Assembly (NCBI RefSeq): GCF_009914755.1
Contig: NC_060928.1
Source of the DNA: the human T2T-CHM13v2.0 reference genome, Homo sapiens
Reading direction: 5' to 3' (one strand)
Length of the DNA: 64,000 bases
In this document: positions 1 through 12,989 of the stretch, in pieces
Layout of the letters: every line of letters begins with the position of its first letter
Numbering within the stretch: position 1 is the stretch's first letter
The notes under the pieces: model-generated
What the model saw: only the letters and a program-made list of their open reading frames with translations
Told to the model about the DNA's origin: nothing
Databases searched by the model: none
Translations under genes and position numbers: made by a program

Positions 1-300
1 TGAGGCAATGGTCTTTTCAATAAATAGTGCGGAACCAACTGTATATCCTTACAGAAGTGGAAGACACCTGATACCTCAAGTCACACTACACATACAAAAC
101 AATTTCATGTGGACTGTAGATCTGAATATGAAAGGTAAAACAATGAAACTTCTAGGAGAGGACATAGATGCCGATTTTCATGCATCTCATCCTCGAGGAT
201 AGGTAAGGACCTCTGCTAACAGACAAAATAATTGCTAACCAAAAAGTAAAAGTTACACTGCATTAAAATTAAGAACTTCTGTTAATCAAAACAGACCATT
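1..300 (+). mobile_element. Old L1M LINE fragment (ORF2 3' region)
   Basis: A-rich degenerate L1 motifs (ggtcttttcaataaatagtgc; aaaacaatgaaacttctag; cattaaaattaagaacttctgt). A second L1-like fragment lies at ~640-850. Confidence 0.6.
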
Positions 301-879
301 TACTGGAAGGTTTTAAATGACCCCAAACAAGCTTTGTAAGGCCAGCTAGCCCTTTAACTGTAGTTAATTGTTGGGAAAAAATTCTTTTGTATTTCTTTTT
401 GAATGGGTTTAGCTTCTGTTCTAGCTTTCTTATTATCTCCATAAAAGATTGGAACACAAAACACAAAATAGCTCCATATTAAAGCTTAGCAACACAGATA
501 ACACGTCATTTCCACAGCAGAGGCTTGGTGATGCTAATCATTTGACAAATTACCTTGGTACGAGATTTTCCAGTTTATGTCACTTTTAATGAAGGGCAGA
601 TTTTTAAAGACCTGTTTTCTATATCTGAAAAGTAAGCCATCAGTATTGTCATGAGACAAAATTACAGCAAATTTAGTTCAAAAATCTCAGTGAAATCAAT
701 GAAATTGATTTAAAAGCTACAGTAAATAAGACTGTGTTATTGATGCAGAGATAAACAGTGGGCCATGGGAGCCCAGTAGAAAAGCCAGAAACAGACCTAT
801 TTGTCTATGGGATTGTTGCAAAGTTGGTGTTGCCGACATTGGTGAAAAGATGATTGTTATGGGCTGAATGTCTGTGTCT

Positions 880-1309
880 TCTAAACCAAAAAATATCTAA
901 GACAGGTCTCAACCGATTTAGAAATTTTGCCAAGGTTAAGAATGTGCCAGGGAGACAGGTCTGTGCCTTTTTCCAAAGATGGTTTTGAGGGCTTCAGTAT
1001 TTAAAGGGGAAAAGCAGGCTGGAGGGGATAGGAGGGTATGGTCTCACTACTGAATCCACTTGTTCCAAGACAAAAGGAGCAGGGAGGGGAATGGCCAATT
1101 CGGTGCTTGTCCAGGCTTAGTACATCTGCTCTTTATGCAAGATAAGGTGAACATAGGCTAGCCACCTGTGAAGATATTGAACCTTTTATCTGTAGCTCTC
1201 TGCCTGTCAACAAAAGGAAAGATAGTTTCTTGCATGACTCAACTTTCAGCTTAAGTGTTTCCTTTTGGCATCCTGAACTGGGGTCCCAAGTTTCTGTTTT
1301 GCTTTCACA
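880..1309. mobile_element. MER4-group ERV1 solo LTR inserted into an MLT1/MST MaLR LTR
   Basis: Starts t(c)taaaccaaaaaatatctaagacaggtctcaa and ends ctttcaca. 4-bp TSD gtct at 876-879 and 1310-1313. MaLR-like sequence continues on both sides (~855-879 and ~1310-1375). Confidence 0.65.
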
Positions 1310-1589
1310 GTCTTTCCCTAAATTCATGTTCATGTTAAGCCCTGAACCCCCAGTGTGATGGTATTTGGAGATGGATTTTTTAAAAGAGACATTGATGCTG
1401 TGCTCTGAGACGAGCTCTGCCTATAGAGCTGGCCTGCACTCAGCACTGCTTAGGAATGTGAGTAAAGGCTTCTGACTCAACACTGCCCCCTCCTCCCTAG
1501 GCATTCACTGGTGGGTAAAGGTTAGACAGGAGTCATGTATTGTCTCGACTTCTTTCCACCCTACACACTACATTCTGCAAGCTGGGAGG

Positions 1590-2600
1590 TGATTTTTTAA
1601 AAAATGTGATAAATATGCATGAGACAGAATTTATTTTAACAATTTTAAGTGTACCATTTAGTGGCATTAAGTACCACATTCACAGTGTTGTGCAGTCACC
1701 ACCGCCATCCATCTCCAGAAGTTTTTCATCATCTCAAACAAACTCACTACCTGTTACCAGTAACTCCCCGTTCCTTCCTCTCCTCAGCACCTGGCAACCA
1801 CCATTCTGCTTTCTGTCTGTATGAATTTGACTACTTTAGGGACCTTATATATATAAGTGGAATCATACAATATTTGGGCTTTTGTGTCTGGCTTATTTCA
1901 CTTAGCATAAAGATTTTAAGGTTCATCCATGTTATAGCATGAATCAGATTTTCATTCCCTTTTAAGACAATATTTAATTGTATGTATTAATATATACTAC
2001 CTTTTGTTTATCCATTCTTCTGTTGATGGACATTTGGGTTGCTTCCCTCTTCAGCTGTGTGAACAGTGCTGCTATGAACATTTTTTAGAGATGGGGTCCT
2101 GCTCTGTCACTCAGGCTGGAGTACAGTGGCGTGATCATAGCTCACTGCAACCCTGACCTCCTGGGCTCAGGTGATTCTCCTGCCTCAGCCTCCCAGAGTA
2201 CCAGGGAGGACAGGCATGTGCCACCACACCTACCTACTTTTTAAATTTTCTGTAGAGACAGGATCTCCCTGTATTGCCCAAGGTGGTCTCGAACTCCTGG
2301 CTCAAGTGATCAGCCCACCTCAGCCTCCCAAAGTGTTGGGATTACAGGCATGAGCCACTGCACCTGGCCTGTGTCCCTGCTTTTAATTCTTTCAGTGTAT
2401 ACCAAGAAGTGGGATTGCTGGATCCTATGGTAATTTTGTGTTTCACTTTTGAGGAATCACAAACGATTTTTTTATACTAGCTGCACCATTTTACGTTTCC
2501 ACCGGTGATGCACGAGGATTCCCATTCCTCTACATCTTCACCAAAACTTACTTTCTTTATCTCTTTTTAAACAGCCACTCTAATGAGTTTAAAATGGAGG
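1590..2600 (-). mobile_element. L1MB-like 3' fragment interrupted by an Alu
   Basis: Typical L1M 3' motifs (tggaatcatacaatatttgg, ttcatccatgttatagcatg, gggattgctggatcctatggt) on both sides of the Alu. Confidence 0.7.
2081..2369 (-). mobile_element. AluJ-like SINE
   Basis: Diverged antisense Alu dimer ending gagccactgcacctggcc. Confidence 0.9.
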
Positions 2601-3382
2601 ACTGATCTTTTTTACATTTTTTGGCAAGGGCTTCCAGACAGCATCGTGCGATGCTGTTGAAGATAGACACATCCCAGCCTCAGAGATTAAACCTGAGCAA
2701 TTATGATCTTTATTTTCTTCTTTTGCAACATTTTAGACTGGTATTTTCCTGGGTCTGAAATAGGAAGAAAGCTGCATGTGAAGCATGTTCATGGCTGACT
2801 CTGTACTAGGTGCCGCAGCAAGGACAGGAAGAGCCTTTTGCTTTTTTAGGTGCATGAGAAAGACAGCGAGAACACAGTCATCCTGAGAGTGTCTGGCAGC
2901 CTGAGTTCTCCTTTCAGCTTTGGTCAGCTGAGAGCCCTGGATCACCAAGTAAAGAGGAACCTCTGTGCTCTCCCAAATGTCTTCGTTAGTCAGACCTAGG
3001 TTTTCCCTGGGTATCCTGCATTGCCCTAGAATCTGACAGTTTTGTTGTTTTACATTTAGAAAGGGTGTTCTGCTGGTGTTCCCACCCAAAGATGGAATAG
3101 GATTTACTTACAATTAAAGCTGTTGAGGGAAAGCCTAGCAGCCTCGTGTGCTGCAGGTTTGCAGGAATCTGGATTCTGGTCCCTGGCCTTCACCAAGCAC
3201 TGAGACCTCGCTTTTTCTTCTCTGGAATACGAAGGCTTTCATTAGTTCCTCTACTCCTTCAAACATTGATTAAAGGTGTGCTGAGGCTAGGGTGACACAA
3301 TTCAATATGACGCAGTTCCTGGGCTCAAGCAGTTTTTTAGGTGGGAATGCGTTGGGAGGACAGAATGTATAACAGATGAATC

Positions 3383-3560
3383 AGGGCGGTGGCTCTCGAA
3401 GTGCCATCCTGGGCCGCAGTACCAGCAGCACGTGGGATCCTGAGAAATCCACATTCGCACTGCAGACTTGCTGCACCAGAGACCGGGGTGGGGCCCAGCA
3501 ACCTGGGTTTTTACGAGCTCTCTGGTGATCCTGCTGCATGTTACAATTTGAGAACCACTG
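3383..3560. mobile_element. MER5A-like hAT-Charlie MITE
   Basis: Imperfect inverted termini (cggtggctctcgaagtg ... aatttgagaaccactg) and a MER5-like interior. Confidence 0.6.
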
Positions 3561-3789
3561 AATTCAATTCTGACCTGACAAACTGCAGTGCAGACATAAG
3601 ACAGCGGGCACCACCCCTTTGCCTCTACTCTCACGTTTTTTACTTTAGATTGTGTATTAAACATAAAATGCATGCAATCTCCCAATTCTAGTGTTCTGAA
3701 ATTCCATCTGTATGTCTTGAAATTTAGTAAGAGATTTATGAAGACATTGTGTTGTAATGTCATATACATATGAGTGGTGGTAGAGGTAA

Positions 3790-4437
3790 TAATCAGTTCT
3801 CATTATCCCTGGTAGTCATGGTCTGTGAAGTCACCGGAAACCATGATGTAGTGAATACTGAACCATAGCTGCAGAGGAAATACAGGGTTCGCGTCCTGTG
3901 AGTCTCCAGTCTCAACATTTTTGTCAACTGATCGATACCTGAGCTTGTCTAATGTGTGTTCGTGTTGAAAGACACCTCATTTAATATATAGTAGCGACTT
4001 GCTAACATTGAACTCACCGACAGCGCTGTCTATACCTCGTGCCTGAAAGCTGATCAACATACGTATTTCCTTCCCAAGGCACACCACAGCCTTCTGGCGC
4101 TTAGGAACACTCGGCAGCTTTAGCACAGCACTCCAAGACCACTTTACACAGCCAGATCACCCACAACAAGCACAACAATTTGGAAGACCTGTGACAGCAC
4201 TGAATAGACCCACAAAAGTGCACACTTGTTGACAGCGTGAGAGCTGAAACAAGGCAGGGTCGCCTTGTGTGACCGCAGCGGGGAGCACGCAGTTGAAGGG
4301 ACTCAGGTGTGTCATTGTTCTGCACATGTGCGGAGGGGCATGGAGGCACCACGCGTGTGGAGTTGGGGCTTACAGATGTATTTTAGCAAGTAGGTGAATT
4401 TGCAGAGGGTGAACCAGAGAATAATAAGGATCAATTG
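3790..4437. mobile_element. MER82-like TcMar-Tigger DNA transposon
   Basis: Termini cagttctcattat ... gaataataaggatcaattg; internal ttttagcaagtaggtgaatttgca resembles MER82. Confidence 0.6.
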
Positions 4438-5331
4438 CATCTTAATATTTCAGTTACATAAAATCTAATGTACAACAGTGGTCTAGCAATTACTACGAAG
4501 TCTTTGTTTTCTGCTGTGCTGTTTAAAAGAGTAAATCAAACATTGAAAAACACATTTTAGGAAAATTTGGCCTTATTGATGTTGCAGTTTGCCCAATTGA
4601 ACTCTTCATAGAATATGTTTGGATAGTTATTTTTATGTTGAAAGACTGTTTAATTATCAGAATTTTTGTAAAACAGTTTTTAGATTATTCTTTTTTCACT
4701 TTATACTAAGTATAGTAAACAAATGTGTAAAAGTAAAAAAATTGGATATTAAAGAATGTCATTGGACCCATTTGTTCAATATATTAGGTTGAAACAATGA
4801 AATTTCTGTTTCTCTGGTTCAAAGTAGTATAATATGGACAATTTCATATGATTCTGCCTAATAATTACTCTCCGTGATAAATTTTAGCACTTACTTTAAA
4901 AAGTTGGGTTTCAGAACTTAGGTATTTCATTTTGAATAATGTACTAATTCTATATTTTTCTATAATTTTCTATAAGCTTGTGGACCTTATTGATTACCTA
5001 GGACTTTCTATGCTTTTTATACTCTTCATATTAAAAGTCTAAGTATTTTTCATCCTTTTTTGGATACAACATTTATAGCAATTTCAAAATGTCCTGATAA
5101 TCTGTGCCATGTATAGGAGCTTTAGCGTCTCTGTATGATTTGTAGGGAGCTGTGGGAGTGTGCCCTGCAGGGCTGCAGGTGGGGTGCTCAACAAGCCAGG
5201 CTGCCCACAGCCTAAGAAGGTGGCTCTGCCTTTCCGTCCACCTGTCTGTGCCCGAGTTTTCTCACTGGCAGAATGGCATTAACAGCAGTGCCCCCTTCGA
5301 AGAATGATTGTGAAGCTCAAATACACTGATT

Positions 5332-5333
<2 letters not shown>

Positions 5334-5422
<89 letters not shown>
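5334..5422. repeat. (CT)n microsatellite, ~88 bp, two interruptions
   Basis: Read directly from the sequence. Confidence 0.97.
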
Positions 5423-6459
5423 AAGTGCTTAAAGCAGGGCCTGGTGTGTGGTACATATTCAGGAAATGTTAGTGGATACTATGGTAGAACATATTTGTTG
5501 TGTTTAAAATAGACCAATAATGAAAGGAACTTTAACAGAAATCAGCAAATTGGATTTGAGATGAATCTTTGAAAGCTAAACTTTTAAAGCTAGACTGGAC
5601 TGATCTGGATAAAGCTGTGTACCCTTGGGAATTTACTGGATGTTGCTGACCCTCTTTTTTTTTTTTTCTATATAAAAGAGTAGCCACCTTTCAGGTGGCT
5701 GAAGGTTTTGTTCATGTGGTGGTGTGAGGTTTACGAGTAAGGTACATTGGTCTCTGGCTCTAAGTGCTGGTCAGAGCGAAAGCATACCCTGTTCCTCATG
5801 CACATTCATATCATGTGCATGGTATGATATGTGCATGGTACGCACTTTCTGTCGGCTGTGCGTACCACCTACTGTTCACTGAAATGCTGACTTCTGATTG
5901 AGACAGGATTCCCTATCTATTCTGGAATGAAAATTCGGCAAATCCTAAATCTTGCAAAAAAGAAACCATAAAGTATTAAAATCTGGGCAAGGATTTTTTT
6001 TTTTATAGTGATGAAAGAGGGGAAATGTTGACATCTGGTGGCTTTCTGGCAATATTGCATGCCACCATTTCAATATTACATGCAGCCTTTCAATCCCAAT
6101 CTAGAGCTATATCTTGGTTTACACAGGCTATTCCTAGAACATGCTCATAAAAGAAAAATTCTGTTATCATTTAATATCATATTTATTTATTGCAATTTCC
6201 TGGACTCATTTAAAACAATGTACTTATAAATTTCACCACTTAGGTAATTTTTAAATATTAAATAATATATTCTATATTTTTCTATAATTTTATATAAGCT
6301 ATGGACTTCATAGTTTACCTAGCACTTTCCAAGATTTTTATACTCTTCCCATTAAAATAATAAAACATGATATTGTTTTATTAGTCTTCTATGAAGGAAG
6401 TTACCAACTTGTAAAATATATTTAAATGTATAGAGGAGGTTAATGCAAGCATTTTTAAA

Positions 6460-7720
6460 ACAGACTTTTTATTTTAGAGCTAGATTTACAGAAAAGCAGC
6501 TCCTTATTATTCTGGTACATGTGTCACAACTAATGAACCAGTATCAATCCGTTACCATTAACTAAACTCCACATTTATTCTGATTTCACCAGAGTACTAT
6601 TCAGGGTTTTTCAGAGAAGCAGATCAGACAGGATGAGTTAGTGAGTGAGTGTGTGTGTGTGTGTGTGTTTGCATGTGTGAAGAGGGAGAGAGATTTTTTA
6701 AAAATAGGCTCACGTGATTGTGGAGGCTTGGTAAGTCCAAAACCTGCAGAGGTGACAGATTATTTTGGGGGTTACAATTATATTTTAGCAAATAGGTGAA
6801 TTTGCAAATAGTGATCCAGAGAATTGCAGAGATTGGATGAGGTCCACCCCCATGATGGAGGGTCATCTGCTTCACGCAGGGTCCCCTAAACTGTATTAAC
6901 CGTCACCACCAGTTTTCCCCAGTGCCCTTCCTCTCCTCCAGGGTCCACTTGACATTACATGGAGTTGTCACGTCTCCTCAGTGTCCTCTGATCCGAGACA
7001 GTTTCTCAGACTTTCTTGTTTTGATGATCACGACAGTTTAGGGGAGTACTGGTCATGTGTTTTGTAGAAGGCCGCTCCGCTGGGGTTCGCCTTGTGTTTT
7101 TATCATGGTGAGACTGGGGTTATGGGTTTGGGGGGGAAGGCCACAGAAGGGAAGTGCCTTTCTCATTGCCTCATTGCAAGGGTGCGTGTCAACATGACAC
7201 ATCACGGATGGCGCCAGCCTTGACCACCTGGCTCCGGGAGTGCTTGTCAGGCTGCTCCCCTGTAAAGTCACCCCCTGCTTCCATACTGCACTCTTGGAGT
7301 CAAGCTTCCATACTGCACTCTTGGAGAAGAAGGTATGATGCCCGCCTCCTGGAAGGGGAGACACACACCACTGGGGTAGAGTTCTTCTGCGGGAAATGCG
7401 CCTCTTCTCCCCATTTATTTATTTATTTGTTTATTTCTATCAATATGGGCTCATAGAAATGTATTTTGTACTTTAGTTATAATCCGATAGCACATGATGT
7501 ATTTTGTTACTCAGGTTGTTCTAGCTTTAGCCATTTGGGGCTCTTTCAGGATGGCTCCTGTGACATGCTCTCATTCTTCTGTTGTTTTGGTTTTTGTTTT
7601 TTGAGCACTTTCCTACAGTCTGGCAGTACAAGATGCTCCAGGTACATTTTATATTGCCCTGCCTCAGCCCCCAAATCGGCCGCTCCTCCATGGAGCCCTG
7701 GTCCCTCTATTGGAGAATAG
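6460..7720 (-). mobile_element. L1MC-like 3' fragment containing an MLT2-like LTR remnant (~6596-6908) with a (GT)n tract
   Basis: L1MC-like motifs (tagatttacagaaaag; attaactaaactccacatttattc). MLT2-like start tattcagggtttttcagagaagcaga and end attaaccgtcac. Confidence 0.55.
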
Positions 7721-7724
7721 TATT

Positions 7725-8123
7725 TGGTGTGGTCTGAATGTTTGTATCCCCCAAAATTCATAGGTTGAAATCTCTCTCCAATGAAATGGTACTAAAGGTG
7801 GGGCCTTTAGGAGGCGATTAGGTCATGATTGCAAAGCCCTCGTGAGTGGGATTCATGCCTTTATGAAGGAGGCCCTGGGGGCTTCTTCACCCTTTTGGCC
7901 ATGTGAAGACACAGCTGGAAGGCACCATCTAGGAAGCATGGAGCCGGCACCAGACACTGAATCTGCTACCACCTTGATCTTGGACTTCCCAGCCTTCAGA
8001 CCTATGGGAGATAGGTAATGGCAAAAACTGCAGTTACTTTTGCATCCACCTAATACGTTTCTGTTGTTTATAAGTCACCCAGTCTATGGTATTTTGTCAT
8101 AGCAGCCCAGATGGACTAGGACA
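7725..8123. mobile_element. MLT1A/MST-type MaLR solo LTR
   Basis: tggtgtggtctgaatgtttgtatcccccaaaattcat ... atagcagcccagatggactaggaca; imperfect 5-bp TSD gtatt/gtgtt. Confidence 0.8.
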
Positions 8124-8704
8124 GTGTTAGGAACTAAGATCTAGGCACTGGAGGTGCTCATTGCTACTGGAGACAGCTCTATGGTATAGAGAGATGACAT
8201 AGTTGTATGTATATGTTTGTATTTGCAAAGCAAGGCCACAGTTCTGATATGCACAAGTTTCAGTTTATATGATACCCATGTAAAGCCAGGACTGCTCGTA
8301 CTGGATAAATGTAAAAAACTGTATGTAACTTTTGTATATTATATTGCATAATATTAAAATGAACTGGTTTAATACTCCACCTAACAAAAAAAACCACTCT
8401 CAATGCTTTAAATGCTGAAAAAAGGAATAATTTACAATTTATTATGTATCTATATGCAGTTTCCAAAATTTGTCTCTAATTCACACAACTCTACAAGGAA
8501 GACAGTAATATTAGCCTTGTTTTAGCTAATTTCTGCTCACAGCATTAAGTTATCAGCTCAGGATTGCATGGCTAGGGCAAGACAGAGCCAGCACGTGAAA
8601 TCAGGTCAATTTTTAGAGGAGTTGCTTATAATTTTTGGAATAACTTTATATCTTATATTACTAATTAATTTTCAGAGGGTGATCACATAATCACATATAC
8701 CACT

Positions 8705-8976
8705 TTTTATTTTTATTTTTTGAGACAGTGTCTTGCTTCGTCACCCAGGCTGGAGTACTGCAGCCTCCATCTCCGGGGCTCTAAGTGATCCTCCCACTTC
8801 AGTCTCCCAATTAGCTGTGACTACAGATCCATGTGAACACACCTAGCTTTTTTTTTTTTTTTTTTTTTTTTGTAGAGACAGCGTCTCATTATGTTGCCCA
8901 GGCTTGTTCTGAACTCCTGAGCTCAAGAGATCCTCCTGACTTGGCGTCCCAAGGTGCTGAGCCACTGTGCCCGGCC
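8705..8976 (-). mobile_element. AluJ-like SINE with internal deletions
   Basis: Antisense Alu arms; flanking tatacca direct repeat. Confidence 0.85.
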
Positions 8977-9215
8977 TATACCATTTTATTTTATCCTAAT
9001 GAATTCGCCAAACTAGGCTAAGGGAGATCCTATTATTTTAGGAATTGAGGTCTCCCATTTAATGACTCTAATTACTGATCCCAGGGCCCCATGCCATTAA
9101 AATGTAAAACACTTAAACAATAAGATAGAAATAGTTATGTACTTTTCAATTCTCAATTAGGGTTTAAATAATCAATGAAAGATGGAAAATCGTATGGACT
9201 AAGTACAGGTAACAT

Positions 9216-9893
9216 TGTATTAGGTTCTCCAGAGAAACAGAAGCAATAGGAGATACATGTCTACATCTATATTTGTATATATCTGTATAAAGAGATTTAT
9301 TACAAGGATTTAGCTCATTGATTATGGAGGCTGACAAGTCACAAGGCCTTCAAGGTGAATGGCCAAGTTGGAGATCCAGGAGAGCCAGTGAAGTAGTTCT
9401 GATCCAACTTGCCAGCATCTGGTATTTTTAAGAATAGCCATTCTGACTGATGTGAGATGGTATCTCATTGTGGCTTTGATTTGCATTTCTCTAATGGTAA
9501 GTGATGTTGAACTTTGTTTTATGTGATTGTTGGCCACATGTATGTCTTCTTTTGAAAAGTGTCTGTTCATGTCCTCTGCCCACTTGTTTATGGGTTGTTT
9601 TTTTCTTGCAAATGTATTTTTAAGTTCCTTATAGATACTGGATATTAGACCTTTGTTGGATGCATGAAATATGTTATCGGTGTAAAATACACACTGGATT
9701 TCAAAACTTAGTACAAAAAAATTAAAAATATCTAATTACCAATTTTTATACAGATTACATGTTAAAATGATAATTTATATTAGATTAAAATATATCATTA
9801 AAATTAATTGTACCTGTTTCTTTTACTTTATAAATGTGGATACTAGAAAATTTAAAATTGTATGTATTCACATTATATTTCTACTGGGCAGTG
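9216..9893. mobile_element. Abutting fragments: MLT2 LTR (~9216-9410), L1 ORF2 3' fragment on - strand (~9412-9665), MER33-like element (~9670-9893)
   Basis: tgtattaggttctccagagaaacagaagcaatagga (MLT2). ORF 9322-9570(-) [11 protein letters not shown]...MRYHLT is the L1 ORF2 C-terminus. tgtaaaatacacactggatttcaaaacttag resembles MER33. Confidence 0.7.
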
Positions 9894-10855
9894 GTGGTCT
9901 AAACCAATCCAACGTGAAGATTTTATCACTTTAATCTTTAAGCAAGCAGCATAGCTTTAGGTTTTGAAATTTGAGAGAAGAGACAAATGAATTAAGGAAC
10001 TGTTCAGGTTTTGAACAGAAGTCATAAGAAATATAGAAGTCAAGACTTGCTGGGTTTGTGAAACTTTGACCATCACAGTCTCTCTGGGCAAAACTGAAAA
10101 ATGGCCTCTGTGCAAAGATCAAATCCTAGGCAGGGGTAAAGGTGAAATCAAAGGTTTGGCTTAACAAGACGTCAGATTTAGGGGTGTCTCATAGATCCCC
10201 AAGATAATAGGGCTTTAAAAAATCATAAGAGAATTGGCCCCCGGCAGTCTCAAAGGTGGACCAAGGGCCCATCTCAGGTCAGTGTGGTTTGTAACTAATG
10301 GATGGGGTGAACTCTGATAAAATTCAAAGAAACCCATAAGGTATTGGCAGAGTGATGGAAGCGCCACTGGCTTGAACTAAAAGAGGCACAGACTTTTGGA
10401 CCCCCTTCCCCAGCCTTCCCTGGAGGAAAGCAGGCTGAGAGGCTACTTAGTTGCAAACCTAGGCCATTTCTTTTCCCTGAGGAAGTCTCGGTAGAAGCAA
10501 CAGCCCAGAGGACAGAGCTAAGGGCTGGGGAGAAGGCAGGAAGCAGAAGTGAGTCCTCCTCAAGGCAAGGCAGCAGGAGCCTGCTGGAACCCGCAGTGGC
10601 TGCTGCCTGGCTCCGCCACCTCTCTTGTTGGACAGGTGCCCACTGGGGATGTCCTGGCTCTGTCTCACCATTGTCGGTTGGGTGTGGAGAAGGCTGTTGC
10701 CTTGTCTCTCTAGTTCACAGGTCTTCAGATGTAAAGGAAATACCCAAGCAGAAGCCTCATCTGTACGCGGACATGCTTTAGATGATGAGACTTCTGAGCA
10801 TCTTGAAAGAGCTGAGTGTATCGTGCATGTGTAAATGACCTGTGGCCAGAGGACG

Positions 10856-11346
10856 GTTATGGCGGATTAAAGACGGCTGTAGGTTCTTCCCATTGAGAGC
10901 TGGGGTCTATTTTCCATCTCTTTCATTCTGGGACTGCTTTGATTATGGAGTACAGTGGAGGTGACACTGCCAGTTGCCACCTTGAATAGAGCTGACGGCT
11001 TCTGCCTCGCTTTCTTGGAGCCCTAAGCTGCCACGTAGAAATTCCAACGACTTCACTGGAGGGACCACTCAGAGAAGTGTTGAAGCTGCATGAGAGAAGG
11101 CTCAACTGAGCCCAGACTTCCAGCCACCCCCGACTGCATGGTGTAGACACATGAGTGAAGCCTTCTTAGAGCCTCCACACCAGACCACCCTCCACCTGTA
11201 TGCCACTGAGCAACCCCACGGGGAGCAGAAGAAACACTCAACCTGCCGCAATTCCTGAGTTCTGTGGATTATGAGCATAACAACATGACTGTTGATTTAA
11301 TCTACATTTGGGGTGGTTTGTTATGGGGTAATAGATATCTGGGACA
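10856..11346. mobile_element. MLT1-family MaLR LTR
   Basis: tatggcggattaaagacggc ... tttggggtggtttgttatggggtaatagatatctgggaca. Confidence 0.65.
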
Positions 11347-11554
11347 CGTTCACACATATACATCCTAGCTGTGTGACCTCGAACATGTTACTTAAGGTCT
11401 CTGACATCAGTATTTTTATCAACAAAATTGTAATAATAGTGTCTACCTACTATGGGTGTTAAATATATGTAAGAATATATGTAAAATAATATATATAAAA
11501 GTAAAAGCAGCTAGCATATGTTTAGATCTTAAATGACTTTGTGTTCGATTTTTA

Positions 11555-11685
11555 CTTTTTTTTTTTTTTGAGACAAGAGTCTTGCTGTCTTGCCCAGGCT
11601 GGTCTTGAACTCCTGGGCTCTAGTGATCCTCCCATCTTGGCCTCTCAAAACACTGCGGTTACAGGTGGGAGCCATCACACCAGAC
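11555..11685 (-). mobile_element. Alu monomer (FLAM-like)
   Basis: T-tract followed by a single Alu arm. Confidence 0.8.
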
Positions 11686-11949
11686 TCCTTTCTTTTGTTT
11701 CCCTGGCATGCCCATCCTCCCACCCCTGGCAATATAAATAATATCAGCAAGTCTGTGTGGGCTTAAGATACCATAGTTTTCCTGATAGATATGGATACAC
11801 ACACACACACACATCACATATATACACATATACATGTATCAGGATTTAAAATCTCATTAATTTTATAATTTATAACCACTTACCACTTTTATAAAAGTGG
11901 GGAGGATTCCAGTGTTCTTAGTTCAACAATGGATTACTGTTTTGTTTGT

Positions 11950-12267
<318 letters not shown>

Positions 12268-12989
12268 TAGGGTGGTGCATCAGAAATAAACTGGGCTTTT
12301 TAGTAAAAACTCGGAAATACATGGTTTACCTCTGTAAATACGGGATACTTGGCAGGAGAAATTGTACCTGTTGAAACTTAGATGGCCTCAGCTCTCAAAA
12401 GAGACTGGCTACGGCAGGACGGGGATGAGTGTTGTACCGGCACCCAGTGCACTAACTGTCATTACTAAAATCCCTGTCGTGGGAAAGGCATGCCTCGTGC
12501 AGTGCCCACCCTCTGAGACTCAAAAATGTAGTTCACCTCCGCGACCTCACCCCTTCTTCCCTTAGCATGTGAAAATGACGGCTTGGCAGTTTCACCAGCT
12601 CACAGGAGAGCGTCCAGCTGCTCTGCTCCTGGTATAATCCTGGGCCTCCAAAACTGAAACGAGCACATGGTAACGCAAGCGGCAGGCATGCTCGGGGTGT
12701 GCAGGAGATGCACCGGCTTGTGTGAGCCGGTAGGGCAGGACGGGCGTGGAAGGGTCCACGTCTTTAGTATGCATGCTTAGATCTAGCGTTCCTGTTGATG
12801 GAGTAATGGTTCTCGCATTGACCAGATCCGGGGCTTCATTTTTTAAACCTCATTCGTCCACTCCCCACCCCAGCCTGGTGTGCGCACCCTTTGATGGGGC
12901 GGGGATAGGCGAGATGGTCCTGTGGTTCTCTGCCTTCTTCTGGTGAATTAAAATCCGATTTGGAAGAGAGAAGGGCAGCCAGCACCAGT

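Noticed and set aside
5797-5842. Short hairpin and tandem motif (catgcacat...atgtgcatg)
   Set aside because: A 9-bp stem is too short to support a miRNA or structured-RNA call.
7277-7326. 23-bp direct repeat gcttccatactgcactcttggag with a 4-bp spacer
   Set aside because: Simple slippage duplication inside an old L1; two copies only and not CRISPR-like.
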